In this document: positions 50,368-64,000 of the stretch, one piece after another
Layout: each line of letters begins with the position of its first letter
Position numbering within the stretch: the stretch's first letter is position 1
DNA from: Tubulanus polymorphus
Taxonomy: Eukaryota > Animalia > Nemertea
Length of the DNA: 64,000 nt
Reading direction: 5' to 3'
Assembly: GCF_964204645.1 (NCBI RefSeq)
Contig: NC_134031.1
Span: 9,114,001 to 9,178,000, forward strand
Program-made: the position numbers and the translations under genes
Notes under the pieces: generated by a model
Seen by the model: the letters and a program-made list of their open reading frames with translations, nothing else
Databases searched by the model: none
What the model was told of the DNA's origin: nothing

Positions 50368-52789
50368 TTAAAAAATAAAATCAATATCATCATACTCGAA
50401 ATCACTACTGGTTTCTTCATTTTTTGACGCCTTATAAAACGTTACCATTATGAAACCTAAACAATGTTAACCATTCAGCGTCATTTTACAAACGACAACC
50501 GTAAATCGATGTGCAAAACGTCACAGGTTTATGTGTACACATACAAGCTATTTGGCAAAATATTATTGATAAAGACGTAGAATGGCTCCCTGTGATTATA
50601 TAATGACCTCTATTTGAACGTCGAAATGTTATATTGCATTGAATATCATGATAAGAGGTATTGTAATAGTAAAGGATGTATGATTATATCAGGAGCGGCA
50701 GGCATAAATAGAAATGATAAGTAAATCGGATTATTCGGTTAAATGGCGGATGTATACACGATTTGGAAGTCTGATATAAAAGTCAGACCCTGATATGGGA
50801 ATGCTAGTGGAATAACAAAGCTATCTACGATCTGAGTAGGGCCGGCGTGGATTTCATCGGCGGCTACAAGCGGTCTATATAAAAACGTGTAAACAAATAA
50901 TTTCAATATTCAAATGTTTTAGAAAATATGTTCGATATTAGGGGTATGCAGGTTTCATGAGATTAGCAATCTATAATAGCATAGCTGTCATATACGGCTC
51001 CGCGTCAACTGATGGCATGTGTATAAGGTGAAAATTCAATTCAATACTTTATTGATCCTTATTACATTCAAATTCCGGGATGAAATTCCCAAATTCAATA
51101 AAGTTACAAATTTTAGAATAAGAAAATACAAAATACAAGACACATGGGTAATTCATACAGAATAACATGAATAAGTTATTTAAATGACGATGTCTACTTC
51201 AACCCAGACTCAAGTCTAGGATATCGAGTGACAGCCAAACCGGGACCGGGCCGGCTGGCTACACGATATGCTCGAAGTCATGATGAAGCAGACATCAGAA
51301 GAGCTCTTTCTTCAACCATGGAGGCAATGAAGTTGCAGACCAGCTTAGAGCAAAAGTGAATCGAAGTCGGTCACAAGTTGACATTTTTTTTTTAATTAGA
51401 CCAGTCGAAGACTGTATCATCTACCCAATCGCCAAATCTCACAATTCCCCAAATTTCTTAAAACTTCGATTTCAAATTTGCAATTCCACATTAGCTTATC
51501 CCAGAAATTCTACATTTTTTCGCAGGCGTCAAATAATTTATTAAAGTTAATTTTCTTGTATTTAATTGTTTAGGTTCTTCCGTTTCATTTTTCTCTTTTA
51601 AATAAAATTCTATATTATTCCACATTTCATCTCGCTCTCTTTGTTTCTTTGTGTTTGTTAATTCATCAAATGGAATTATAATATCGAGGTTTAAAAAAAT
51701 TACAATCTTATTTAAAAAGAATTCATAATTAATTGAATCTGTTATTTTATTATCCACATAATATCTTAATAATTTTTGTGAATGTTTCTTTTATACTTTC
51801 CATATCTTCTTCTGTTAATTTAGGTTTTTCATGATAATCGTTAAATAATAGATATAAATACATTATCTTTTTTTGTGTGTTACATGTTGACGGAATAATT
51901 GTTTTTATTATATCTTTCTTAGTTATTTCACCATATTTATTTTCTATCATTTTCATTTTTTCAAACCATTGATTCTGGTGTGTGATCTTCCATAGAAAAT
52001 ATTTTGAAAATCTCATTTAGATATTTTAATTTTGGTTCTATAAGAATATCTCTAGTTTTTTCATCACCCCATAAATTTTTTTGCCATCCACATTACAAAA
52101 TATCACAGAATCTTCTTGTCTTAAGTACTCATAAATACATTGTGGGATTTTTTTTCTATCATATCTTGGTAATAGATCTTCATTAAGTTCTTGGTATTTA
52201 CTTACGTTTTCTTAATGTTTTATTGTTCTATTATGTAGATTTAAATTACTTGTTTTAATAATCAATTTACAATATTTACAATAATATGTTTTTCTTACTA
52301 ATCCATTATATTGTTTTTCAAACTTTTCAAGTGTTTCTTTATTATCTGGTAACGTTTTCTCGTATTTCATTTTTTTCCAATATATTATTTTTTCTTTCAT
52401 TGAATTCTGTTTCAAATTATTAAAAATTTTATCTATACGTGCTTTACGAAATTTATGATTCTCCCAATCTTCTATATTCGAAAAGGCTCAAAGAAATGAT
52501 CTTTTATATTATTCTTATCATAGAATAAGAAAGGTCTTTTCCAAATAATTTCAAGTTCACTTTTAACAAAATTACTATTATTTTCGTTTCTATCAACATT
52601 AACCGTTGAGTCATTAATTTTACACTTTTCTGAATGTTTTTTAACATAATTTCTTGAGAATAATTTATTACAATTCGGGCAGTTTAGTTTAGAAGGTTTG
52701 TAATTTTTATCATGTTTTTTCATATGTCGAGCCATATTACTTTTTCTTTGAAGTTCACCACAAATTTCACATTCTTTCTTCCCATCCAT
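50368..52789 (-). pseudogene. Multi zinc-finger protein of element B, fragmented and interrupted by insertion
   Basis: CEICGELQRKSNMARHMKKH, CPNCNKLF..H..KC, CKYCK..H...KH; acidic C-terminal piece converges on PolB stop. Confidence 0.55.
50421..51559 (+). mobile_element. ~1.1-kb non-autonomous element (HINE-like family 6) copy 1
   Basis: Direct repeat of 53343-54419; subTIR TTGACGCCT / AGGCGTCAA; ends TTCTTGT. Confidence 0.7.
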
Positions 52790-52858
52790 TTATTTAGGAA
52801 ACATTTTCTTAAAATTAATTGTTAATGGTTCGAGGTAATTTTTTGTGTGTCATAAATA

Positions 52859-54600
52859 ATGGTTGAATTAAAAGAATATAGAATATTTGTTGATTCAAGA
52901 AGACTTACAAATTATAAATCACATAATTTACTAGTACAATTAGATAGGGAATTTAAAAATTGTGTAGATTTATAATCAGTAAATATTAGTTTATGTAACT
53001 CATTTTACAATATATCGAATAAAACAATTGAACATAGAGCCTTTTTAATTTTTAATAAAAATAAAAATGAATGGTCCTATATATATTTAAAACCAGGGTT
53101 ATATAATTTAGATACATTATCACAAGAAATTAATAGAAAAGTCTGGCACAAATTAGGTAGTAATTCCGGGTTTAATATTAGATTTTTTTAAAGTGATAGT
53201 TCTGATAAAATAAAGATACGGTTGTCTAATAGTGAAAAACATAAATTTATGGTAAAAAAACCTATAGCTAAACTGTTAGGAATTCCTCCAGATAGATCTT
53301 TTACAAATATTGATGCTACACCAAACTTAATACCTTACACGCATAAAACGTTACCATTATGAAACCTAAACAATGTTAACCATTCAGCGTCATTTTATAA
53401 ACGACAGCCGTAAATCGATGTGCAAAACGTCAGAGGTCTATGTGTACACAAACAAGCTATCTGGAAAAATAGTATTGACATAGATGTAGAATGGCTTCCT
53501 GTGATTATATAATGCCTATATTTGAACGTCGAAATGTTATATTGCATTGAATATCATTAGAAGACGTATTGTAATAGTAAAGGATGTACGATTATATCAG
53601 AAGCGGCAGGCATAAATAGAAATGATAAGTAAATCGGATTATTCGGTTAAATGGCGGATGTATACACGATTTGGAGTCTGATATAAAAGTCAGACCCTGA
53701 CGGGGGCATGCCGGTGGAATGACGAAGCTATCTATGATGTGTGTAGGGCCGGCGTGAATTTCATCAGCGGCTACAAGCGGTCAATATGAAAATGTGTAAA
53801 CATATAATTTCAATATTCAAACGTTTTAGAAAATATGTTTGATATTAGGAGTATGCAGGTTTCGTGAGATGTGTATTAGGTGACGATTCAATTCAATTCT
53901 TTATTGATCCTTATTACATTGAAATTCCGGGATAAAATTCCCAAATTCAATAAATACAAATTTTAAAATAGATTAATACAACATACATGACACACGGGTT
54001 ATCCATACAGAACAACATAAGCATGTTATTTTAAATGACAATGTCTACTTCAACCCACCCAGATTCAAGACTCTAGGATATCGAGTGACAGCCAAACCCG
54101 GGGACCGGGCCGGCTGGCTAGGCCACACGATATGCTCGAAGTCATGATGAAGCAGACATCAGAAGAGCTCTTTCTTCAACCATGGAGGCAATGGAGGAAA
54201 TGAAGTTGCAGACCAGCTTAGAGGCATAAGTAAATGAAGTCGGTCGCAAGTTCGCGATCAATTATTGAGAATTTTCAATAAAAAAATTTAAACCACAACT
54301 AGAGTCGAAGACCTGTATCGTCTACCCAATCGCCAAATCTCATCATTCCCCAAATTTCTTAAAACTTCGATATCAAATTTGCAGGCGTCAAATAATTTTC
54401 TAAAATTAATTTTCTTGTTATATTTATTGCAATTTAATTGATCCTACAAAGACATTCGAAGCAACTAAAGATTTAACTTGTAATTCTAGTATATTAAATA
54501 TTTTACCATTGAAGAATGTTAAAGAATTTGGAATTCAAATAAATTATAATTCAACGCCAGATAAATTCAATGAATGGATATTATCAAGTAAAATTAAAAA
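52859..54600 (+). pseudogene. Minor capsid protein (penton)-like gene, interrupted
   Basis: IFVDSR..QLDREFKN, NSFYNI, LKPGLYN...L..EIN and, after the insert, YIYCNLID..ILNILP: motif series typical of Polinton pentons; adjacent to packaging ATPase. Confidence 0.65.
53343..54419 (+). mobile_element. ~1.1-kb non-autonomous element (family 6) copy 2
   Basis: Direct repeat of 50434-51559. Confidence 0.7.
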
Positions 54601-54607
54601 TATATAA

Positions 54608-55216
54608 ATGAATAAGGAATTATTTATATTTGAGCCTTATAATATGTTAATTTCTGGCGTAACAAATTGTGGAAAAACTTATTTTATATTAAATTTATTA
54701 GAAACTGTTTATAAAAACTATATTGATAATATAGTATTATTTTGTCCAACATATGGATTTAATCAAACTTATGATAGAAATATTACTAGAAATAATAAAT
54801 TTATTATATTAGATCCTAAAACAGTAAAAGAAAATTTAGATAATTGTATTAAAATAGCAATAGATATTTATAAAGGATCAAATACATTATTCATTATAGA
54901 TGATTGCGCAAATTTACAAGATTCAAAAGTGAGAGAAAGTGAGTTATGTTATCTGGCTTTCTCTGGGAGACATTTGGGGATAACAACATGGGTTTTAAAT
55001 CAAAAATATAATTCAATTGTTAAAGACTTTAGAGAAAACATTAGATTTCTAGTTTTATTCTACAATAAAGACAGAAAATCGATGAAAATTGCACTTGAGA
55101 AAAATGATATTATTCCACATGATTTACATAATGAATATATGGATAAATTGAAAAATATTAAAAGATCAAAATTACTATTTAGATTACAACACCCATTTAA
55201 ATATGAATTTATTTAA
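54608..55216 (+). CDS. A32/FtsK-like DNA packaging ATPase
   Basis: Open 202-aa ORF; Walker A GVTNCGKT, Walker B FIIDD, SGRH arginine motif and LNQKY. Confidence 0.92.
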   Translation: MNKELFIFEPYNMLISGVTNCGKTYFILNLLETVYKNYIDNIVLFCPTYGFNQTYDRNITRNNKFIILDPKTVKENLDNCIKIAIDIYKGSNTLFIIDDCANLQDSKVRESELCYLAFSGRHLGITTWVLNQKYNSIVKDFRENIRFLVLFYNKDRKSMKIALEKNDIIPHDLHNEYMDKLKNIKRSKLLFRLQHPFKYEFI

Positions 55217-55229
55217 ATTCAACAGGTTT

Positions 55230-55492
55230 GTTAATCTATTACATATTTAGTTACATTCTAGTTGAATTCTAGTTATTGGTATTTGAAACAAAAATCAAAT
55301 AAAATTCAACAATATTTTAACTAGCTTGTTAATCTAGTATATTTTTAGTTACATTCTAGTTGAATTCTAGTTATTGGTAGTTGGAACAAAAATCAACCAG
55401 ATTTAACAAGAAATAAATAAAAACAACAATATTTCAACTAGCTTGTTAATCTAGTTGAATTCTAGTTACATTCTAGTTAAATTCTAGTTGCA
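55230..55492. repeat. Array of short TTCTAGTT-containing repeats
   Basis: Repeated TCTAGTTGAATTCTAGTTA / TTACATTCTAG units. Confidence 0.7.
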
Positions 55493-55519
55493 ACATCACA
55501 ACTAATTTTTTTGTTATAT

Positions 55520-56112
55520 AAATTGGAGGTGAAAAGAAAATAAAATCTAAAAATGGTGATGTTCCAATTGAAAAAACTTTAGATGATTTAGGAATAACAG
55601 AAAACAAATTAATTCCAGATGATGGTGCTTTAAATAATGTTACAACAAATAATAATTATGAATATTATCTTTATTGTAAACATCAATTAGAAATATTAAT
55701 AGCATCTGGAAAATGTAAAAATTTTATTGGTAAAAATTTAACTTATAATGAATTAGATACAATGAAATCAGATGAAATTATTAGATTATTTAAGATTTAT
55801 GAAACCGCGAGAACAGCTAGAATTAATGACGCGATATCAGAAAATTTAGTAAAAGGTTATAGTAAATTATCTAATTATATGCTGCCAATTCAAGATGAAA
55901 ATAGATTATATGTTGATTTGAAAAATGATTATTTAGTTATGACCGAATTAAATAAATGGATTGGATATTTATCATTTCAATTAGGTGGATTTATAACATT
56001 ATTATCAACTGGAGTTATAACATTTTCAAATATTGAAAGTAAAAATATTTCTATAATAAATGAACAAGGTGGAAGAAGTAAAGAAAAAACCGAGATCACA
56101 GAAACAAATTGA
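55520..56112 (+). pseudogene. Conserved unknown protein with C-terminal hydrophobic segment
   Basis: Homologous to 42836-43430; open from 55762, upstream part with a stop. Confidence 0.65.
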
Positions 56113-56401
56113 ATGGTCTCGGCAATTAGGAATTAAATCACAAGAATATAAAAAAGCTGTAAAAGAAAAAATAAGTAATAAAAATGGTGAAAATATTGTT
56201 ATTTCTACTCCTTCTAATGATAGAATATTTAATAAATGTCTATATTTTACAGTTGGATTTGTAATTGTATTCATTTTGATTGGGTGTAATTGGTATAAGA
56301 AATCAAATAAAATTCATGATATTAATAATTCTGAAACAACTGCTATCAAAAATGAAAATACTTCTGAAATTCCAAAATTGATAATAAAAAAAATGGATTA
56401 A
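56060..56401 (+). CDS. Small basic single-TM protein
   Basis: 113 aa, TM CLYFTVGFVIVFILIGC; N-terminus homologous to 43423-43529; TAAATG start. Confidence 0.65.
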   Translation: MNKVEEVKKKPRSQKQIEWSRQLGIKSQEYKKAVKEKISNKNGENIVISTPSNDRIFNKCLYFTVGFVIVFILIGCNWYKKSNKIHDINNSETTAIKNENTSEIPKLIIKKMD

Positions 56402-57443
56402 TATTTTAGAAAAAAAGCAAAAAAAAGTAATTGAATATCTCACTACTTTTGTCTATCTATGCGGAGCAATTAAATTGTCCAGATAAGTCATTTCGGATTC
56501 TAGATATTCATTATTTTTATTAATTTATTTTGTTTTTTTAATTTGAAGTTTTTACTTGAATATTGTATTACAGTCGTTTCTTATCATTAGTTTTTTCTTA
56601 AATTGAAAGATGGCAGCACTGGGTGTGATGCTAAAATGAATATTTGAATTTGAATTTGTTAATCAATTAACATGGTAATTGATTACTAATTTGATTAAAA
56701 ATTATATCATAATTAAGTTAAAAATCCATAATTCATTTATCAGTTTTCATTCCTATATTCTTTTCATTCGGAATAATTTATAATTTCAAATTTCACATAT
56801 TTCTTTAGTAAACACCAACAACATTTACTTAGGTGTTTTAGCTAAGTATATAAGGCAATTTATTCGACCACTGGAGTGCCGCCGGGCTTGGCTTGCAGGG
56901 GCATTTCGAAAATGCACCTTTGTCCACCCTCCGTGGTTCTCCTTCAGTTTCGACTTTCGATCCTCCTTTTGGGGGTAAGGGGTTGATAGGAAATTTATTA
57001 ATATAATGTGTTTCCTGTCAACCATTGAAGGAGAATTGGTGAGGTGTGGGTCACAGGGGTGTAAGTAGAAATGCTTGGGGATAGGTATCTCGTGGCGCCT
57101 CTCAATAACGGGATGCTTATCCCCTAAAAACTCTGCGAGTCAAGTCGGGTGGTTTTGCTAAAACTTACCGTAAAAACATTGAAATATTCCTTTTAATCAC
57201 GAGAGAGAGAATGTATCCTGTCATGTGTGTGTTGTATGTACTGCGTGCTTATTATATAACTGCTAGCTATCCAATATAACAACAACGTTGAATTGCAACA
57301 CCTGTTTGATCGATCAATATTCAAATGAAGTACTACTCTCTTATGATAACATGTAACAGATGTTTGGCTGGCATGATTATAGTTGTTCGTAAAACGACTA
57401 AGGTCATTTTGGATCCTAGATATTCATTATTTTTATTTTTTAT

Positions 57444-57770
57444 TTAATCAACAATTTCTAAATCATGATGACCGTCTTTATTTTTTCCATGATAGATTAT
57501 TTTAAATCCTTCTAAATCTTTTAATTCCTCTGTACTCAATGAAACCCATTTATCGGGTAAAAATACTTTAAATTCTCGCGATGTACTAACATTACAGTAA
57601 CTTAAATTCGCTGATACTTTCTCTCCATATTTAGTTTTTATCTTTTCTAATTTCAATATTTTATGTTCAATTTCTTTTGTAACATCAATTAACTTTTTTA
57701 TTTCAAATTGTTTTTTTGCTGGTTTTATTCTGTTATTTATTGTTGCTAAGAATGCTTTCCTATCTCCCAT
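57444..57770 (-). CDS. 108-aa conserved protein (possible OB-fold ssDNA-binding protein)
   Basis: Intact ORF starting at inner edge of right TIR; homologue in element A. Confidence 0.7.
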   Translation of the reverse strand: MGDRKAFLATINNRIKPAKKQFEIKKLIDVTKEIEHKILKLEKIKTKYGEKVSANLSYCNVSTSREFKVFLPDKWVSLSTEELKDLEGFKIIYHGKNKDGHHDLEIVD

Positions 57771-57859
57771 TTATTAGGAAAACAAATTACTTGTGGTGAT
57801 GAGTGGTGTTTAGTACTCTAGTACTCTGGTATGAAACCCACATCTTCCAATTACTGTCC

Positions 57860-57931
57860 TGTCCTGTGGCAGGGTGGATAAGGTGTTTGACTCACAACTG
57901 AGAGATTGAGTGTTCGAATCCTAGTGATACC
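57860..57931 (+). other. tRNA-derived SINE head / tRNA pseudogene
   Basis: A box TGGCAGGGTGG and B box GTTCGAATCC with tRNA-like spacing, but stems do not pair. Confidence 0.5.
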
Positions 57932-59899
57932 ATGCATTCAGGCAGGACACATATCAGTACAGTGCCGGTGCGCAACAATCCTTTTATTAATGAAACAACA
58001 TGGTGGATGATTGAAATCATTTTCGGCTTAGATTTATCGCGAGTTTTAGGACTTTAATGAATTACACGAAACCATGATTTCTAAAATGAGTCAATTGATT
58101 ATTCTATTCGTAAATGAATTTACGTTGGCTACATTTCCTGAAGATTGGACAGAAATTGTAGGACTTTTCACACGGAATTTTACTTCCGCGTTCAGTTGAC
58201 GACTCGGATCGATGACAACGACAGCGGAGTTTATGTATTTTAAGGTGAGAATCCGTTTACCAGGGAATGTATTAAATGATTTCTTTGATAATATGAGTAT
58301 GGTAGCAAATGAGTACTCGGTGAAGCAATGATCATTGTTGGCTACTTACTTAATGCCTAGCTTTTTTGGGGGATGCGCCTAGAATAGATTTAGGCCCTAA
58401 ATATAGTGGGTAGAGCCAGTCAGTGGAATGCCTTAATAGCAGCTAGTTATGGCTGGTTTACACTGAATGTGCACGACAATTTATTTTGATTACTTTCTTT
58501 CCAGCTATTATTCGTGGAATGAACTGGTCACTACGGTCTTCAATTCCTTTGCGGATTCTTGCAGGAATATTAAACCACAGTGCGCAAATGCATGTTTCAA
58601 ATAAGGCTTTTTCGACATTGACAGCCAAAGACGTAACTTAACATTTTTTTGTAATGCAATATTTGGATTAGTAATCAGTCGTGCTAACGTAGGCCTACAT
58701 GCAGAATTGGATTCATTGTTATTATGGGATGATAATTCATGGGCGTCACGAGTCCTGTGACATACCCTTGATATGAAACTTGTTTCAATGTTAATCATAG
58801 ACTTGTTTTGGAGTAAACTGAATAGCCCTTAAAATACCAATGCCACGTGGCTTGGCGTCTATGCTCTACGAGACTGTGTAATAGATTTTCACAACAAAAT
58901 CATGATTTAAATTAGTCTCATAAGATATCTGTATTTTATTTCGCTCCTTAACTAAGTACTTCGTACATTTGATTGCTTAATTACAGATGGAAAGAGGTCA
59001 GATGGCATGAAAATCGACTGTGGCTGACTAATTGGCGCGAGTAACCAAAATGCTTCAATCATCAGGGGTAGACTAATTAGCCGAATATGAATGAAAACTT
59101 TACCTTGATGATCATTAGTTGATTATTGCTGTAATTATTTGCCTGGATATATCCTACATTTCAAAATCTGTCTAATAATGCCCCAGTACGACAGAGTTTA
59201 CACACTGAAACACGCTGGGCTGTGTAAGTGTAATTTGGATAAGTCCACAATATAACGACCGCCCTGCCCCGCTGCAACTGAAACGTCAACGAGTTAGACT
59301 GTATTGCTTTGATGACAAACTGACTCCTACGCAAGATGACCATCCAAATCAAATGTAAACTAAGAAAGAAAACAACAAAACTAGTTGCGTTGGTCGACAA
59401 AAATAAATCAATAGTTTATTACAATACTTCAATTTCAAAAAAAGGATAGGAAAAAGTGAACAATAAGTGTGTTTGCCATGCGTCTTTAAATATTTCCCAA
59501 GAATATTTCTTTTTCTGGCCACCACCTGCCTCGACGTCAGACTTTTTCGAGATGATTTCGCTGAAAGTACGAAACAAGACAAAATTTATGGATGGGAATC
59601 ATACATGCTACAAATCACTTTTACTGCGAACATTGGAATGAGCTTAAGCAATTTTCTAGGAGGAAAAATTGAGTCAAATGATGTTTCAAAATCTGAACGG
59701 GAAAAGTTTTACTGAATTTTATGGCTAATGGCAAGTACATATTTATACATTGAATTAATAAGGTAAATATCTGTATAAAAGGTTGTATAGCAACTTGAAT
59801 TGAAGGATTAATGCAATAGGTCTCTTAAAGACGAATGAGCCATACTTATTAGACTGGTCATGTGAATCAACATCAAATTTAGAACTATCATCCATTTTT

Positions 59900-60480
59900 A
59901 GTTTTCAATCAAAGACCAACCTATGAAATAAAGAACATATTTTTCTGAACCTGGAATAAATTAAAATAAATCTGAGGAATTCACCAAATTTCTGTATCGA
60001 ACCCCTAATATATAGCCTATAGATTGATACTTACATACGACAAATTGATAAAGAAGCTTCATTTGACAGTATACAAACTCGCAGACAAACTCCCAAAATG
60101 AATCATGTCCTATTCATGATAAACACATAGAATCAAACAAAATACAACTACAAAATTCACAATACAGATTTCGGTTTCGAATCCTTCAAATAGCTGTTTA
60201 CTTACATGAAACGAATTATCAAACTACTTCTGCCGACAGCATACCAACTCGCTGACAAACCCCCAAAGTGAACCGTGTCATGATAAACTTCTGGAATTAA
60301 ACGTAATAAAGAATGTACAAAATTTACAAAATGTCGGTTTCGAATCCCTCAAATAGCCTTACACTTACAAATGGTGGATTATCAAACAACTATGAACTCC
60401 CACAACGCCACATGTCTTTAATAATCTACAGTAAACCTGGAATTAAATGAAATAAATCTTAAAATTCCGATTTGAACCCA
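59900..60480. repeat. Degenerate ~170-bp tandem repeat (~3 copies)
   Basis: AACTCGC.GACAAAC.CCCAAA at ~60076 and ~60246; GGTTTCGAATCC at ~60173 and ~60336. Confidence 0.6.
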
Positions 60481-61189
60481 ACGTAGGCCCTATCTTTACT
60501 TGTAGGCCTAAGATCTTGAAATAGGATAAATAATGTTATGATGAAAGAGGCATAATGGTTCGGAAAAAATTGAATTCAATATGGCTCTTGGCCCGGCAAG
60601 TTTGCTTTTGAAATATCCTTTTGATTAGGCTTAGTTACACATTTTAAAAGCAAATGACATTTTGCATCAAACTAAAGGCGGCTTTTTTGAGAAAAAGATT
60701 CTTTTGAGTCGTAAAATTTATAGCCTAGAACCAATTTCTTCGTCAAAGCGTGATGCACAATTTTGACTGGGTCTTTTTTCCACGTGGTAGTGTACAGCAA
60801 ATTTGAATAGGCCTAAATAATAGAATTATCTTAGGTTTCACGATAAAGATGCAGCATTAACTTAGATTAATGCTTATCTTTTACAATTAGGCTTATATTT
60901 CAAAGGAAAACGCCCAAAGTTGGTCGAACAGGGGTTAGGCATTGATGGTAGAGGGGCTGTGTGTGTGCTGAAACTGAGATAAAAATGCACGGGAACGAGT
61001 TTGTCGAGTGGAGCTTATTATTCCATCAGGGATAGTGCACTATGGTCGTGTTATATATCAAAATGTTCCTTGTTAGTTCCGCTGCATCGCTAAAAACAAA
61101 TTGAGATAGGTTTCCCCGTATTTTTTTACATATTACATCACTTACAACAACAGCGCTTACAACGATAAACGTCCGTCGCCGAAAAATTC

Positions 61190-63045
<1,856 letters not shown>

Positions 63046-64000
63046 GAAAAATTCGGAATGACAAAAACTTCCGCATTGAGAGCGCCACCGGCACCGCACC
63101 AATTTAAATTCAATTATATGGATCGGAAACCCTCATGCGATGCACTCTATGATCTTTAGAACCTGTCTCTGGAGACTGGGAATAAGACATTTCTCTAAGG
63201 TCTGAGAATAATCGGGTAAGCGATTTTTTCTACCGGCCACAGTTAGGTTTCGCACTGCGCATGTTCTGAATATACCGGAAGTAAACAAACCGTGACGTAC
63301 GCGGAAGGAAAGCACATGGCTAGTCAAAAGTCAATTACATTGTCAATAGGCATACGTTATTCTGCGATGATAAAATCGAAATTTTAAGGTTAAAATCTGA
63401 AAAGATTTCCGATCCGTTTCCTTCTATGACAGGTTGTAAATATTGAGACAAAAAATAAAATGAAATTCAGCATATAGAATGAATTTAATGTGTTTATTTC
63501 TTATCATGAATTTAAGTGTTTATTTCTTTACTTAGTACAGTACTGCTTGCAGAAAATACATTTCAAATCAAAATTTAGAATTATCTTTCGGTTTAAAGTA
63601 TGAGGTAGACACACCACATGGTACCATCGATAGCAATAGTTGCATTCCTCCTAGAAAAGAAATAACAGAACTGTATATTGATATTGATTAATGTTCATTT
63701 ATACTGGCACTAAAATTAAAAAGGATTGCATTATAATGAACTTTGAATTTAATAACTATAAGGTCGAGGGCCTACCTGATTCATTAACTAGTGCAGCGGC
63801 TGATGTCCAACGATGTGAATTTGCATTTACTGTTGAAATATGGGTCGTGTCAGTACCTTGAAGAACACTGCCAGCATACTGTTGAATACACATATGTAAT
63901 TGAATGAGATTTGTTAAACAATAATCAATAATATTGAAATTAAACAAATCAATCCTACCAAAATAGTCAACAAGCCACAACTATGCCCATCAAGTTGTTT

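Larger units (their letters stand above)
43864..50371 (+). pseudogene. polB: Protein-primed family B DNA polymerase of element B, intein-containing
   Basis: N-terminal C2H2 fingers, YFEGSG, YGDFES, RDHDHL..YRGAAH, HNLSGYD, IDVNNLYG, MNNSFYGK, YFD|intein|TD, FDDKRY; many lesions; HINE inserted at 45081-46595. Confidence 0.93.
43530..57855. mobile_element. Maverick/Polinton-like element B bounded by TIRs
   Basis: Left AGTAATTGGGAAATGTGGGTTTCATACCAGAG matches reverse complement at 57824-57855; second TIR block CACTCATCACCACAAGTAATTT at 43830 / 57786-57807; encodes pPolB, penton-like protein, A32 ATPase. No TSD found. Confidence 0.88.

Noticed and set aside
32229-57855. Contaminating free virus or bacterial DNA as source of the intein
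   Set aside because: The genes are riddled with stops and carry host repeats that also occur elsewhere in the window, indicating long residence in this genome.
57860-57931. Functional tRNA gene
   Set aside because: A and B boxes present but acceptor and anticodon stems do not pair.

Overview
Repeat-dense, AT-rich eukaryotic (most likely marine-invertebrate) genomic DNA with no recognisable host gene; almost everything is nested mobile DNA. 14-10104 is a young, full-length Ty3/Gypsy LTR retrotransposon (gag, pol with chromodomain-like tail, env-like fusion gene, TATTA...TAATA LTR ends, 4-bp TSD). It is followed by a DIRS/Ngaro gag relic, many Helentron-type non-autonomous elements (HINEs), a Penelope-like palindrome with hammerhead cores, a LINE with a nested LINE, and a Copia fragment. 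32229-57855 holds two related, decayed Maverick/Polinton-like viral elements (protein-primed PolB, penton-like gene, A32-type packaging ATPase, TIRs starting AGTAATTG). The standout: the second element's PolB carries a ~1-kb intein with a LAGLIDADG homing-endonuclease domain inserted in catalytic motif C (YFD|TD), while the first element's PolB in the same window is the intein-free allele. Most genes of these elements start in a poxvirus-late-like TAAATG context. A recent internally deleted MULE with a 9-bp TSD ends the window. All calls are by eye from motifs and repeats; no database searches were run.
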